Source of the DNA: a bacterium
GTDB taxonomy: Bacteria > Armatimonadota > JACIXR01
Direction: 5' to 3'
Assembly: GCA_014360495.1 (NCBI GenBank)
Contig: JACIXR010000007.1
Span: 44,501 to 108,500 of the forward strand
DNA: 64,000 bases
Part shown: positions 40,424 through 51,502 of the stretch, piece after piece
How the letters are laid out: each line of letters starts with the position of its first letter
Numbering within the stretch: the first letter of the stretch is position 1
Program-made: the position numbers and the translations under genes
The notes under the pieces: generated by a model
Told to the model about the DNA's origin: nothing
What the model saw: the letters and a program-made list of their open reading frames with translations, nothing else
Database searches by the model: none

Positions 40424-43054
40424 TTAATCCTCCGCTTCGCTAAGGAAGGAAAGCCGCTCCAAGAGGAGCTGCTTCCTCTCCAACAGTTCCTGCCTTATCG
40501 CCTCCTGCTTCTCTAAAATCGCCTGCGGCGCGCGGGAACGGAACAGCTCGTCTTGGAGCTTCTTCTCCACCTTCTCCAACTCCCTCTCCACTTCCTCCAA
40601 TTCCTTTTTCGCCCTCTTAATTTCCTCCTCCACATTGGCTGTCTTCTTCACCTCAAGAAGCAAATCCACACTCCCCACCCTTGACCTCATATACTTCCCC
40701 TCCGAAGGTAAGCTCTCCAAAACGCTTATATCACTCAATGTGCAGAGGTTCTTTATTATCTCCTTCTCCTCCTCAGCGATATGCGGAGTCTCTGCCTCGT
40801 TGTAATAGAGGAGAAGTTGGGGCTTCGCGCGATGGACGAATCCCAACACTTTCCTCATATTCCTCGTTTCCTTAACCACCTCTTGGAAGAACTTGACCCT
40901 CTCCTCAATCTCCTCATCAAGTGGATATCTCTCCTCGTCAGGCCAATCAGCAAGGGATATGCTATCTCCTTGATGGGGTAGCTTCTGCCAAAGCTCCTCT
41001 GTGACAAAAGGCATAAAGGGATGGAGTAAACGAAGGGAGGTGTCCAGCACTTCTACAAGGATTGAGCGAACAACTTCATCTTCCATTCTTTGCTTTGATA
41101 TCTCAATATACCAGTCACAGAAATCGTCCCAGAAGAAGTTGTAAATTGCGAGGGCGGCGGAATCGAAATTATAGCTCTCCAATCCCTTTGTCACTTCCCT
41201 AATAGTCTTGCGAAGCCTCGTCAGTATCCATTTATCAAATGTATCCTTAATCTCTAACTCTTCTATGGGCTTTACCTCTCCAGTTATGTTGAGGAGAACG
41301 AATCTCGTGGCGTTCCATATCTTGTTGCAGAATGTCCTCGCCATCTCTATTCTGTTGGTAGAGAAGCGGAGGTCCTGACCGGTTGAAGCCTGAACGGCGA
41401 GACCAAAGCGAACAGCATCAGCACCGTATTTATCAACGAGCTCAAGAGGGTCAATTCCCGTTCCCAATGATTTGCTCATCCTCTTCCCCTTCTCCGTGAG
41501 AACTGTGGGATGAACATAGACCTTCTCAAAGGGGATATCCCCCATAAACTCCAAACCCATGATTATCATCCTACCAACCCAGAGGAAAAGGATATCCCTC
41601 GCGGTAAAAAGAACATCCGTAGGATAATATTTAAGAAGGTCGTCCGTTTCCTCCGGCCAGCCCAAAGTAGCAAAAGGCCAAAGAGAAGAGGAAAACCAAG
41701 TATCCAAAACATCTTCCTCCTGCCTCACCCTCTTTCCGCATTTCGGACACTTCGTCATCTTCTCCACAGAGGCAAAATATTGGTTGCAGGAAACACACCT
41801 ATATAATGGCAAGGGATGCCCCCACCATATCTGACGAGATATGCACCAGTCCTTTATATTTCTAAGCCATTCCAAAAGTATATTCTTAAACCTCTCAGGG
41901 ATTATCCTTACCTCTTCCTCCTCCAAAACCTTAATCGCCGGCTTCACCAATTCGTCCATCTTCAGGAACCACTGCTCAGATAAATATGGCTCTATGACGC
42001 TTCCACATCTATAGCAATGCCCTATTACAGTAATATAGGGCTCGCTCTTCTCCAATAAAGCCACCTTCTCCAATTCCTTCACAATCCTCGCCCTGGCGGC
42101 GAACCTATCCATCCCCTCATATGCCTTGACCTTAACAATCCTTCCCCTCTTATCCATAATCACGAACTTCTTCAATATATCCTTCGGCTCAAAGCCGTGC
42201 CTCAAGGCAACCTCATAATCATCCATATCGTGGGCGGGAGTTATCTTAACCGCTCCAGTCCCGAATTCAGGGTCAACGAAGGGGTCAGCTATCAAGGGGA
42301 TCTCCCTTCCCGTAAAGGGGAGGACGAACTTCCTACCAACCCATTCCTTGTATCTTTCATCATCGGGATGCACGGCAACCGCTACATCGCCCAGCATTGT
42401 TTCTGGACGAGTCGTGGCAACGGTTATGAAGAAAGAGCCATCATCCACAGGGTACTTTATGTAGTAAAGAGTTGTCTCTTCCTCCCTGTTCTCAACCTCG
42501 AGGTCGGAGAGGGAAGTTTGACAGCGGGGACACCAATTGACCATCCTTAACCCCTTATATATAAGCCCTTTCTCGTAAAGCCTAACGAATGCTGTTCTGA
42601 CCGCCTTTGAATAATCCTCATCAAGAGTGAAGCGGAGCCTGCTCCAATCAAATGAATAGCCCATCCTCTTGAACTGCTTTATAATCGTGTCCCCATATTT
42701 TTCCTTCCACTCCCAAACCTTTTTCAAAAAGGCTTCCCTTCCTATATCAAATCTCGTCTTCTTCTCCTTAGCTAACTCCCTCTCAACCACATATTGAGTG
42801 GCAATGCCGGCGTGGTCGGTGCCGGGGAGGCAGAGAGCCGAATAGCCTCTCATCCTTTTATACCTAATAACGATATCCTGAAGGGTGTAATTGAGGGCAT
42901 GACCCATATGGAGGGAGCCGGTTATGTTTGGTGGGGGAATCGTTATGCTGAACTTCTTCCCTTCGCCGGAGGGACGGAATAAATCCTTCTCCTCCCAATA
43001 CTTATACCATTTCTCCTCTATGGATAAGGGGTCATAGCGAGTGGAAATGCTCAC
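40424..43054 (-). CDS. valS: Valine--tRNA ligase
   Basis: 876 aa. [15 protein letters not shown] (HIGH motif), KMSKS, C-terminal coiled coil. Confidence 0.95.
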   Translation of the reverse strand: MSISTRYDPLSIEEKWYKYWEEKDLFRPSGEGKKFSITIPPPNITGSLHMGHALNYTLQDIVIRYKRMRGYSALCLPGTDHAGIATQYVVERELAKEKKTRFDIGREAFLKKVWEWKEKYGDTIIKQFKRMGYSFDWSRLRFTLDEDYSKAVRTAFVRLYEKGLIYKGLRMVNWCPRCQTSLSDLEVENREEETTLYYIKYPVDDGSFFITVATTRPETMLGDVAVAVHPDDERYKEWVGRKFVLPFTGREIPLIADPFVDPEFGTGAVKITPAHDMDDYEVALRHGFEPKDILKKFVIMDKRGRIVKVKAYEGMDRFAARARIVKELEKVALLEKSEPYITVIGHCYRCGSVIEPYLSEQWFLKMDELVKPAIKVLEEEEVRIIPERFKNILLEWLRNIKDWCISRQIWWGHPLPLYRCVSCNQYFASVEKMTKCPKCGKRVRQEEDVLDTWFSSSLWPFATLGWPEETDDLLKYYPTDVLFTARDILFLWVGRMIIMGLEFMGDIPFEKVYVHPTVLTEKGKRMSKSLGTGIDPLELVDKYGADAVRFGLAVQASTGQDLRFSTNRIEMARTFCNKIWNATRFVLLNITGEVKPIEELEIKDTFDKWILTRLRKTIREVTKGLESYNFDSAALAIYNFFWDDFCDWYIEISKQRMEDEVVRSILVEVLDTSLRLLHPFMPFVTEELWQKLPHQGDSISLADWPDEERYPLDEEIEERVKFFQEVVKETRNMRKVLGFVHRAKPQLLLYYNEAETPHIAEEEKEIIKNLCTLSDISVLESLPSEGKYMRSRVGSVDLLLEVKKTANVEEEIKRAKKELEEVERELEKVEKKLQDELFRSRAPQAILEKQEAIRQELLERKQLLLERLSFLSEAED

Positions 43055-45462
43055 TCTTCATCACCCCTACTTGCCAAGGCGGGTGCTTTATCCCTCGCCA
43101 AGGCGATTTCTAATACCTCGTCCATATGCTCAACGAATTTGAAATCCAATTCCTCAAGCACCTTCGGGCTGACCTCGGCAAGGTCCTTTTGATTCTCCTT
43201 GGGCAAGATAACCGTCTTTATCCCCGCTCTATGAGCGGCAAGAACTTTCTCCTTCACACCTCCAATTGGCAAGACTTTCCCTCGGAGGGTGATTTCTCCC
43301 GTCATAGCGACATCCTTCCGAACGGGGATTCCGCTGAGGGCTGATGCAAGAGCACAGGCAATCGTTATTCCTGCGGATGGACCATCCTTGGGAATAGAAC
43401 CTTCGGGAACATGGATATGAATATCGGTCTTCTCCTGAAATCTCTCATCTATCCCCAGCTGTTTTGCCCTTGAGCGAATGTATGAAAGAGCAGCCCTTGC
43501 TGACTCCTTCATAACCTCACCTAACCTACCCGTTAGAATAAGCTCTCCCTTTCCCTTGAGGACGGCAACCTCAACTGAGGTAGTATCCCCTCCCACAGGA
43601 GTCCAAACCAAAGCCGTCGCCACTCCAACCTCGTCCTCCTTCTCAGCCACTCCATATCGGAAGCGAGGGGCACCAAGATATTCGGGTATTGCCTCCGCAT
43701 CTACAATCGTCTTTTCCTCCTTCCCCTCCGCCACCTTTACCGCCACCTTCCTGCAAATATTCGCAATCTCCCTCTCAAGATTCCTCACTCCCGCCTCTCT
43801 CGTATACTCCCTTATGATTCTCATAAGGGCATCATCGGTTATCTCCAACATATCCTCCTTCAAACCGTGCTCATTCCTCTGCTTGGGAAGAAGGAAATAT
43901 TTAGCGATGTTTAGCTTCTCCTCCTCAGTATAGCCGGGAAACTCTATCACTTCCATCCTATCCTGAAGGGCAGGTGGGACGGTATCCAACACATTTCCCG
44001 TGCAGATAAACATAACCTCCGAGAGGTCAAAGGGAACCTCAAGATAATGGTCGGAGAAGGCGTAATTTTGCTCGGGGTCGAGCGCCTCAAGGAGGGCTGA
44101 GGAAGGGTCGCCGCGAAAATCTATTCCTATTTTATCAATCTCGTCAAGCATAAAGACGGGATTTTTCGTCCCAGCTGTCCTTATCCCCTGGATTATCCTT
44201 CCCGGCAGGGCACCCACATAGGTCCTCCTATGCCCCCTTATCTCGGCTTCATCCCTCACTCCACCGAGCGATATCCTGACGAACTTCCGTCCCATTGCCC
44301 TTGCTATTGAACGCCCTATGGAGGTCTTTCCCACACCGGGCGGACCTATGAAGGCGAGAATGGGTCCTTTCGTTTTATCCCTCAACTTCCGCACGGCGAG
44401 GAACTCCAAAACCCTTTCCTTCACCTTCTTCAATCCATAATGGTCCTCGTCCAAAACCTTCCTCGCATATTCTATATCCAAGTTATCCTCCGTGCGTTTA
44501 TTCCAGGGAAGCTCAACAAGCCAATCCAACCATGTCCTAATGACCGCAGCCTCGGGAGCGATGCTCGGCATCTTGGACAATCTCTCCAACTCCTTCATCG
44601 CCTTCTCCTTCACTTCCTCCGGCATCCCCGCCGCCTCTATCCTCTTCTTATATTCTTCATACTCCGATACCCCCTCCTCCTTCATCCCCAATTCCTCCTG
44701 CAGAGCCTTGAGCCGCTCCCTCAAAATAAATTCCCTCTGCGATTCCCCTATCTCTTTCTCCACCTTGCTCTTTATCTTACCCTCTATCTCCTGCACTACC
44801 AGCTCCTTCCTCAGAATGGTTGCGAGCTTCTCTAAACGCTCCCTCACGGAAAGAGTGGCAAGAAGCGCTTGCTTATCCTCTAAGCTTATGGAATAAGGCG
44901 GTCCAAGATAATAGGCAATCAAATCCGCTACCCTTGATGGGTCTGTTATCGTCTTTATCTCGCCGACCAACTCGGGTGGAATCGTCTCAGCCACAGGTGA
45001 GATATTCCTGCTCATCCTCCAAAGCTGTTCAAAGAGGGAAATCACAAGCCTCCTGTTCGCCTCAAGCTCCTCCGGCGAATCCTCAACTATATCATTAAGC
45101 TCCTGAATCCTAACTAAAAAATAGGGGTCGGTTTGCAAGAACTCCTCTATCTTTACCCTCTTAACTCCACCAATAAGCGCCCTCACAGTATTGTTGGGAA
45201 GGGGCAACATCCTCACTATCTCACCCACAACCCCTATATCATAGAGGTCCTCTGGACCGGGGTCGTCCTCATCGGGGTCCTTTTGCGCCACCAAAACAAT
45301 GAGCTTGTCCTTTTGAACCGCTTCCTCAATTGCTTTATATGAGCGCGGACGCCCAATCTCAAGGGGAGCTAAAATGTTGGGAAATATCACCGTCCCCCTC
45401 CTCAGAGGGATGAGGGGAAGTTCAGAAGGAATTTTCCTTTCTTGCTCTTTTTCCTCTGGCAT
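43051..45462 (-). CDS. lon: ATP-dependent Lon protease
   Basis: 803 aa. Walker [10 protein letters not shown]; protease active-site region KDGPSAGIT. 4-nt overlap with valS. Confidence 0.95.
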   Translation of the reverse strand: MPEEKEQERKIPSELPLIPLRRGTVIFPNILAPLEIGRPRSYKAIEEAVQKDKLIVLVAQKDPDEDDPGPEDLYDIGVVGEIVRMLPLPNNTVRALIGGVKRVKIEEFLQTDPYFLVRIQELNDIVEDSPEELEANRRLVISLFEQLWRMSRNISPVAETIPPELVGEIKTITDPSRVADLIAYYLGPPYSISLEDKQALLATLSVRERLEKLATILRKELVVQEIEGKIKSKVEKEIGESQREFILRERLKALQEELGMKEEGVSEYEEYKKRIEAAGMPEEVKEKAMKELERLSKMPSIAPEAAVIRTWLDWLVELPWNKRTEDNLDIEYARKVLDEDHYGLKKVKERVLEFLAVRKLRDKTKGPILAFIGPPGVGKTSIGRSIARAMGRKFVRISLGGVRDEAEIRGHRRTYVGALPGRIIQGIRTAGTKNPVFMLDEIDKIGIDFRGDPSSALLEALDPEQNYAFSDHYLEVPFDLSEVMFICTGNVLDTVPPALQDRMEVIEFPGYTEEEKLNIAKYFLLPKQRNEHGLKEDMLEITDDALMRIIREYTREAGVRNLEREIANICRKVAVKVAEGKEEKTIVDAEAIPEYLGAPRFRYGVAEKEDEVGVATALVWTPVGGDTTSVEVAVLKGKGELILTGRLGEVMKESARAALSYIRSRAKQLGIDERFQEKTDIHIHVPEGSIPKDGPSAGITIACALASALSGIPVRKDVAMTGEITLRGKVLPIGGVKEKVLAAHRAGIKTVILPKENQKDLAEVSPKVLEELDFKFVEHMDEVLEIALARDKAPALASRGDEE

Positions 45463-45476
45463 ATTAGATTCACTCC

Positions 45477-46703
45477 TTACGATACCGCAGTTTCGCCTTC
45501 AAATTCAATAAGGGGAGGATTCAAACCCCTTACCACATCTTTATTGATGATACAGCGTCTCGCTCCCTTCATAGAGGGAAGCTTGAACATAACATCAAGC
45601 ATAATCTCCTCCAAAATGCCCCTCAACGCCCTCGCGCCCGTTCCTCTCCTTATCGCCTCCCTCGCAATCTCATCAATTGCCTCCTCCTCAACTATAAGCT
45701 CAACCCCTTCCATCTGAAAGAGAACCTGATATTGCTTCAAGAGGGCGTTTTTAGGCTCTGTGAGAATCCTCTTCAGCTCTTCAATTCCCAAGGGGTCAAG
45801 CACAGCGACGACTGGCAATCGCCCTATGAGCTCGGGAATGAGCCCAAACTTATGTAAATCCTCGGGGAGGACCTTATGCATAATATCCCCATGCTCCTCT
45901 TCCTCCTCAACCGCTCTAAAACCTATAGCGGAGCTCTTTGTCCTCTGCTCTATTATCTTGTCCAATCCCTCAAAGGTCCCACCGCAGATGAACAAAATAT
46001 TTGTGGTATCAAGAGGAATGAACTCCTGATAGGGGTGTTTTCTTCCGCCTTGAGGAGGGACATTCGCTATCGTTCCCTCCAATATCTTGAGAAGCGCCTG
46101 CTGAACTCCCTCACCGGATACATCCCTCGTTATAGAGGGATTCTCCGATTTCCTCGCTATCTTATCAATTTCATCTATATACACAATCCCCCTCTTTGCC
46201 GCTTCAAGGTCCCAGTCAGCAGCTTGAATAAGACGAAGAAGGATGTTCTCCACATCCTCGCCCACATAACCTGCCTCAGTTAAAGTAGTGGCATCGGCGA
46301 TGGCAAAGGGAACATCAAGGCGCCTCGCAAGTGTTTGGGCAAGGAGCGTCTTGCCTACCCCTGTGGGACCTATAAGCAAAATATTGCTCTTCTGAAGCTC
46401 GACATCGTCCCTATTAGAAGAGGATATCCTTTTATAGTGATTATAAACCGCGACCGACAAAATCTTCTTCGCTCTATCTTGTCCCACGACATACTGATTG
46501 AGGAAATCGTAAATTTCCTGGGGCTTGGGAAGCTTTCCGCTATAGCTAGTCCTTTGCGGTCTGAAGCCATGCTCCTTCAAGAGCTCGCTCGCTATCTCAA
46601 CGCAATCGGGGCAAATAGCTCCTTTCTCCCCTATGATTAAACGACCTACCTGGCTCTCCGTTCTTCCGCAGAATGAACATCTTCTTTCCTCAAGCCGGCT
46701 CAT
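45477..46703 (-). CDS. clpX: ATP-dependent Clp protease ATP-binding subunit ClpX
   Basis: 408 aa. N-terminal zinc-binding CSFCGR...CPDC; Walker A GPTGVGKT. Confidence 0.95.
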   Translation of the reverse strand: MSRLEERRCSFCGRTESQVGRLIIGEKGAICPDCVEIASELLKEHGFRPQRTSYSGKLPKPQEIYDFLNQYVVGQDRAKKILSVAVYNHYKRISSSNRDDVELQKSNILLIGPTGVGKTLLAQTLARRLDVPFAIADATTLTEAGYVGEDVENILLRLIQAADWDLEAAKRGIVYIDEIDKIARKSENPSITRDVSGEGVQQALLKILEGTIANVPPQGGRKHPYQEFIPLDTTNILFICGGTFEGLDKIIEQRTKSSAIGFRAVEEEEEHGDIMHKVLPEDLHKFGLIPELIGRLPVVAVLDPLGIEELKRILTEPKNALLKQYQVLFQMEGVELIVEEEAIDEIAREAIRRGTGARALRGILEEIMLDVMFKLPSMKGARRCIINKDVVRGLNPPLIEFEGETAVS

Positions 46704-47311
46704 TTCGCCACCTGAAGCTCCTTCGTCTTGTCCCGAGGATAGATTATGTTATCAATTAGCCCGTATTCCTTCGCTTCAAGAGCTGACATATAATAGTCCC
46801 TCTCCGTATCCCTCTCTATCTTCTCAATCGGCTGACCGGTGTGATGAGCGAGAATCTCGTGGATTATCCTCTTTAGCCTCATTATCTCCTCAGCCTGTAT
46901 TTTTATATCCGTAGCTTGCCCGAAAATTTGCCCCCAGGGTTGATGGATGAGTATGCGGGAATAGGGAAGGGCAAATCTCTTGCCCTTAGCTCCTCCGGCA
47001 AGCAGGACAGCAGCTATGGAAGCAGCCTGTCCAATGCATATCGTTGAGACATCCGGCTTGATGAACTGCATAGTATCGTAAATCGCCAATCCGCTTGTTA
47101 CCTCCCCGCCAGGGGAATTGATATAGAGGTCTATATCCTTCTCCTTGTCCTCCCTTTCCAAATAGAGAAGCTGAGCAATGACGAGATTAGCTACCTCACT
47201 GTTAATCGGCGTCCCGATGAAGATAATCCTATCCTCTAAAAGGCGAGAGAAGATATCGTAAGCTCTCTCTCCGCGCGCGGACTGCTTTATTACAATGGGC
47301 ACAAGGCTCAT
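46700..47311 (-). CDS. clpP: ATP-dependent Clp protease proteolytic subunit ClpP
   Basis: 203 aa. Typical ClpP sequence ([10 protein letters not shown]..., [19 protein letters not shown]). Confidence 0.95.
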   Translation of the reverse strand: MSLVPIVIKQSARGERAYDIFSRLLEDRIIFIGTPINSEVANLVIAQLLYLEREDKEKDIDLYINSPGGEVTSGLAIYDTMQFIKPDVSTICIGQAASIAAVLLAGGAKGKRFALPYSRILIHQPWGQIFGQATDIKIQAEEIMRLKRIIHEILAHHTGQPIEKIERDTERDYYMSALEAKEYGLIDNIIYPRDKTKELQVAK

Positions 47312-48606
47312 TTCTCTTCCTCCTTTTTAATTTTAACCGATTTCTTGAGAAATTCAAGAATCTTCCTCAAATAGATACCACCGACCACCTCATCCATCCT
47401 TCCCGTCTCCTCCAGAAGGCGCCGCATACTCTCCTGCGGCACCTGATTCGCCTCCGCAAGCTCCTCAACTCTCTTATTTATGTCCTCTTCGCTGACAGAA
47501 ATCCCTTCCCTCCTACCAATTTCCTGCAGGATGAGCCTCCTCACAAGTATATCCCTTGCATCTCTTTCCAGCTCCATCTGCAATCTCTCCAAAGTCATAT
47601 TATTCTCCGAGAGATAGGTATCCAAATCATATCCCCGCCTCTCCAAGCTCTCCATTAAGCGAGCGAACCTTTCACTCACCTCCTCCTGCAACATCGGCTC
47701 GGGAAATTCAACTTGAGAAAGCTCTACGAGGCGGGTAAAGATTTCCCTTTCCAGCTGCTCCTCTGCGAGCTTCCTCGCTTCTTCCTCCAATTCCTTCCTT
47801 ATGTTCTCCCTCAATTCATCCAAAGTATTGAACTCGCTCGCCTTGCGAGCGAACTCATCATCCAATTTGGGAAGAACCAGCTTGCTTATCCCCTCCACCC
47901 TCACCCTGAGCACGGCACTTTTTCCCGCCAGCTCGGGATTATTGAAATCGGGAGGATACTGCACTTCAATTTCCTTCTCCTCTCCCACCTTCATCCCCTC
48001 AAGATGGACATCAATGGGAGGAATGAGGTTTTCATCTCCAACTATTATTCTATCCTTCTTCTCCTCCCTGTAGGGTTGTCCATCAACATAAACTTGGATA
48101 GCAACATCCACCACATCTCCTCTTTTCACTTGCTTTCTTTTCAGAGGTTGCGTCTCCGCAAAGCGATGGCGAAGGACATCCAATTTATTCTCAATATCCT
48201 TTTCCTCTACCTTTATTGGCTTATATTCCACCTCAATGGTATCGTAGGGAGGGAGGTTTACGGTGGGTTGGGTATAAACTTTAGCGTTGATGAGGACATC
48301 TTCTCCCTCATCAAACTTCTCAATCTCTATCTCGGGATTGGTATAGGGATGGATATCCTTTTCCTCTATAACCTGCTTATAGACCTCTTCAGCCAATATC
48401 CGACCGGCTTCCTCCTTGAGGTAAGTCTCCCCGATGTATCGGCGGACCAAGGTCAGGGGGGCTTTGCCCCTTCTGAAGCCAGGGACCTGCACTCTTTTTC
48501 TAAAATATTCAAGCGCCTTACTGATTGCCTCCTCCGCTTTTTCCTTTTCAACCTTGATATTGAGAGAGATATAGCAGGGGGCTAACTTCTCAAGGGATAC
48601 ATCCAT
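47308..48606 (-). CDS. tig: Trigger factor
   Basis: 432 aa. Ribosome-binding motif region GFRRGKAP; central PPIase-like domain. 4-nt overlap with clpP. Confidence 0.9.
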   Translation of the reverse strand: MDVSLEKLAPCYISLNIKVEKEKAEEAISKALEYFRKRVQVPGFRRGKAPLTLVRRYIGETYLKEEAGRILAEEVYKQVIEEKDIHPYTNPEIEIEKFDEGEDVLINAKVYTQPTVNLPPYDTIEVEYKPIKVEEKDIENKLDVLRHRFAETQPLKRKQVKRGDVVDVAIQVYVDGQPYREEKKDRIIVGDENLIPPIDVHLEGMKVGEEKEIEVQYPPDFNNPELAGKSAVLRVRVEGISKLVLPKLDDEFARKASEFNTLDELRENIRKELEEEARKLAEEQLEREIFTRLVELSQVEFPEPMLQEEVSERFARLMESLERRGYDLDTYLSENNMTLERLQMELERDARDILVRRLILQEIGRREGISVSEEDINKRVEELAEANQVPQESMRRLLEETGRMDEVVGGIYLRKILEFLKKSVKIKKEEEK

Positions 48607-48634
48607 AATTGGCTTTTCCTCCTTCTAAAAAATT

Positions 48635-48710
48635 TGGAGCGGGCGACGGGACTCGAACCCGCGACCTTCGGCTTGGAAGGCCGATGCTCTACCATGTGAG
48701 CTACGCCCGC
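48635..48710 (-). tRNA. tRNA-Gly (anticodon UCC), CCA encoded
   Basis: Reverse complement GCGGGCGTAGCTCACATGGTAGAGCATCGGCCTTCCAAGCCGAAGGTCGCGGGTTCGAGTCCCGTCGCCCGCTCCA. Folds as a cloverleaf by eye: 7-bp acceptor, anticodon loop CTTCCAA, T-loop GGTTCGAGTCC. Confidence 0.9.
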
Positions 48711-48712
48711 TC

Positions 48713-48800
48713 TGGTGGGCGAGGGGAGAGTTGAACTCCCACAGGTGTTGAACCCATCGGATCCTAAGTCCGACGCGTCTACCAGTTCCGCCACTCGCCC
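48713..48800 (-). tRNA. tRNA-Leu (anticodon UAG), type II with long variable arm, CCA encoded
   Basis: Reverse complement GGGCGAGTGGCGGAACTGGTAGACGCGTCGGACTTAGGATCCGATGGGTTCAACACCTGTGGGAGTTCAACTCTCCCCTCGCCCACCA. Anticodon loop CTTAGGA, long variable arm. Confidence 0.88.
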
Positions 48801-49093
48801 CTATTTTATATTATAGTATCATATAATATCAAGAGACAAGCTAATCAACAAGATGTATGATTCCATAACATTTGAGACTCCTTAGGAAATCCTCCCGCAC
48901 ACCCACTTGATAACCTCTATCCACAAATTTCTTTGTCCTTTAATTTGTTCTTCCCGAAACACCGAAAGCTTCCTTTGTCGATTCTACTCCTACTCATATC
49001 TACCAAGTTAACTTCTTAATATCCAAAATCGCCTACCATCCATTCTTTTTATATATTCCTTTATTTTTCGCAATTAATCGGCTTTTTTACAAC

Positions 49094-50389
49094 TTACATC
49101 GTGGGGATATTTCCCGGAACGGGTTGGGACTGCTGAGGACCTTGTGGCTGGGCTTGCGGATATTGTGGCTGAGTTTGAGGACCTTGCGGCTGGGCTGGTT
49201 GTGTTTGCTCTGGTTGAACCTGCTGAGGCAGGGCTTTCAACGCCTCCTGCGCTCTCTTTATCGCTTCCTCTGGGGATATTATCCCTTGAATTGCGGAGGA
49301 AATGAATCTCGCCACAACTTGGTTCTCGCTAGGATATTGACGAAATGAGGGACAGGGATTGGCAAAAGAAAGAGCCAAAGCCTCTATATCCTTGTTGTTC
49401 ATCTTCTGAAGATATGACACTAACTTGATGAACGCCTTCCCCTCCTTCACCATAGGGGAACTCGCTAACAAAGCTATACCCTTTACCCTGCCAAGCGAAA
49501 CAGCAGGCTTTTTCTCTAAATCGTAGGTATCTTGGGAGGGAGGAATCAAGGCGACCTCCACTCCCGCGGGAAGCTCATCTCCCCATACAACAGCGAAAGC
49601 ACATCCACCTCCCTTAACCGCCTGCTTGGCTTCATCCTCTCCCGCTTCATAGGATAATGGGTCTATTAAATCCTCCTTAGCGAGAGTAGAAAGGGCTATG
49701 AGCGCTCGCCTTGAGACATCGCTGAAGTTAGGCTTATCCTGGAAATAGGAGCTTCCTCCATAAATTGCGGAGAAGAGCTCAAAATCCTCCAAGAGATTAT
49801 CGCCCCTCATAGGGAGGAATAAGGGATAACGCACTCCCCTCGCCTTGAGCAAACGCATCATTTTCGCCCACTCCTCAAAGGTTGCAGGAGCCCTGGGAGG
49901 CACACCTTTTTCTAAAAGGAGGGATGTATTTATCAGGAGGACTTTCCCCTTCCCTCCCAAGGGGAGGGCATAGATGTTTCCGTCCTGGGAGAATGCGGAG
50001 GCAAGGGATGAGGCTGAGCTGGGCAAAATGTCCCCAATTGGCTGAAGCTTTCCCTGCTGAGCCATAGCGGTTATCTCGCCCGCCGTTCCCACATAGAGGT
50101 CGCAGTCGCTTTGCATGGAAACGAACTGGACATCTATCCCCAATGCATCTCTTAAAATGTTCGCCGCATCGCTCAAAACCCCATAATCCGCGAGGTCCTC
50201 GGGGAGAACAGCTATCCGCAAACCAGTGGGCGTAGGAGGGGAAGTGGGTGGAGAAGAAGGGAAAAACTCACTTGGAGCTTTCGTCTCGGGAGTCTGGGGC
50301 GGAGATACAGTGAACTTCTCCACGCATCCCATCAAATCCAAGAGCAAAATAAAGATGAAGAGGAAGAGAAACACTCTCATAATCTTCAT
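49094..50389 (-). CDS. Extracellular solute-binding-protein-like lipoprotein with Pro/Gln-rich C-terminal tail
   Basis: 431 aa. Lipobox-like LLLDLMGC; Pro/Thr/Ser linker; C-terminal tail PQQVQPEQTQPAQPQGPQTQPQYPQAQPQGPQQSQPVPG. The solute-binding fold assignment is tentative. Confidence 0.5.
   Translation of the reverse strand: MKIMRVFLFLFIFILLLDLMGCVEKFTVSPPQTPETKAPSEFFPSSPPTSPPTPTGLRIAVLPEDLADYGVLSDAANILRDALGIDVQFVSMQSDCDLYVGTAGEITAMAQQGKLQPIGDILPSSASSLASAFSQDGNIYALPLGGKGKVLLINTSLLLEKGVPPRAPATFEEWAKMMRLLKARGVRYPLFLPMRGDNLLEDFELFSAIYGGSSYFQDKPNFSDVSRRALIALSTLAKEDLIDPLSYEAGEDEAKQAVKGGGCAFAVVWGDELPAGVEVALIPPSQDTYDLEKKPAVSLGRVKGIALLASSPMVKEGKAFIKLVSYLQKMNNKDIEALALSFANPCPSFRQYPSENQVVARFISSAIQGIISPEEAIKRAQEALKALPQQVQPEQTQPAQPQGPQTQPQYPQAQPQGPQQSQPVPGNIPTM
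49135..49218. repeat. Imperfect 42-bp tandem duplication (coding; yields the 14-aa QP-rich repeat of the lipoprotein tail)
   Basis: gaggaccttgtggctgggc... at 49135 and gaggaccttgcggctgggc... at 49177 on the + strand. Confidence 0.5.
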
Positions 50390-50967
50390 TTTTCTTTCAC
50401 CTCTTTCTTGAATCTTTCCAATAGATTTAATGTTATTGCGTCGTCAGGGTATTTCTTCACCGCCTTCTCCAAAACCTCAACAGCTTCTTTTATCTTCCCC
50501 TGATTGTAGAGGGAATGGGCAAACATTCGCCAGACATAGGGAGGAGGTGAATAATCGGTGCAGGCTTTTCTGTAATATTCCTCCGCTTTTTTGTAATCCT
50601 TTCTCCTGAGATAGAAAAGCCCGATGTCGCTATAGGATTCCCAGGAGGGCGCCTTCTTCACCGCTTCCTCAAGCCATTTCCTCGCCTCCTCTTCCCTTCC
50701 CATACTATCGGCAAGCCAAGCGGATGTCAAATAAGCATCAACGAAGGAGGGGTCTAAAGTGATGATTAGCCTGTTTATTTTTATGCAGTAATCATATTCT
50801 CCCTCATGCCAGCAGTCGTCGCATCTTGCCCAGAGATAATCAACGAACTTATCTCTCATAGAGAGGAGAGGCTGTTTCATTTCCTTTGATTGGAAAAGGG
50901 AGAAGAGGAGAAGCCAAAAGGCACCTCCTCCAGCAAGGCAAAAGAGTTTTATATTTCCTTTCTTCAT
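50386..50967 (-). CDS. TPR-repeat protein with N-terminal signal/anchor
   Basis: Start chosen at MKKGNIKLFCLAGGGAFWLLLF; the ORF track start 51090 adds a 41-aa extension. TPR-like helices (...KDYKKAEEYYRKA...GKIKEAVEVLEKAVKKYP). ATGA overlap with the downstream lipoprotein gene. Confidence 0.55.
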   Translation of the reverse strand: MKKGNIKLFCLAGGGAFWLLLFSLFQSKEMKQPLLSMRDKFVDYLWARCDDCWHEGEYDYCIKINRLIITLDPSFVDAYLTSAWLADSMGREEEARKWLEEAVKKAPSWESYSDIGLFYLRRKDYKKAEEYYRKACTDYSPPPYVWRMFAHSLYNQGKIKEAVEVLEKAVKKYPDDAITLNLLERFKKEVKEK

Positions 50968-51174
50968 TTTCCTCTCCTTCCTTTCAATTATTAGAAATAT
51001 TTTAAATGAAAAATAAATAAAAATAAATAGTTTACTTGGTTTTGTTGCAAAATTGATATAGCCCCATAGGTACTGCTCTAATCGCCCCAAACTCGCTCAG
51101 CACATTTACAAATTTTCCGAACAATATTTATCAACAAAAACCTTTGACCTCTGTCCGAAATGCTTTAATAAAAG

Positions 51175-51203
51175 GTGTGCCCGCCCCCTGGGGGCGGGCA
51201 CAC
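51175..51203. promoter_or_regulatory. Perfect GC-rich palindrome (13-bp arms, 3-nt spacer): candidate operator or hairpin
   Basis: gtgtgcccgcccc-ctg-ggggcgggcacac. Lies in the divergent intergenic region between the TPR gene and mtaB. Confidence 0.5.
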
Positions 51204-51442
51204 TTGAAAGGAAAGGAGGTGAAAAAGATGAGGAAGAGGCTTCACGCTTCATTTTTATTAGACTATTAAGAGGGAAAAATGTTACACCCAAATAAAATGA
51301 AAGTTTTCGTTTCTTAATGTTTATTTGGGAATCTCTTTAACTCACCCCAGAATTTATTAAAGCAATTATAATCACCATAAGCGTATATTCAACCAACCTT
51401 CCTCTTTTCTCAATATTTACATCAATACCTAAGAATAAATTT

Positions 51443-51471
51443 TTTGACGACGGATAGATTTCCTACTAAAA
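51443..51471 (+). promoter_or_regulatory. Putative sigma70-type promoter of the mtaB operon
   Basis: TTGACG (51443-51448), 17-nt spacer, TAAAAT (51466-51471); followed by AGGAGG RBS and ATG 51503. Confidence 0.45.
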
Positions 51472-51502
51472 TAATTCAAAAATTTAGGAGGTTGATTTGG
51501 AT

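Noticed and set aside
48582-48794. 70-aa ORF on the minus strand
   Set aside because: Overlaps both tRNA genes; the tRNA cloverleaves are far better supported.
49135-49218. Possible CRISPR or other non-coding tandem array
   Set aside because: Only two imperfect 42-bp units, in-frame within a coding sequence; no spacer-repeat architecture anywhere in the window.
51106-51291. 61-aa minus-strand ORF in the mtaB upstream region
   Set aside because: Spans the GC palindrome and the mini-ORF region, with no RBS or motif; more likely non-coding regulatory DNA.
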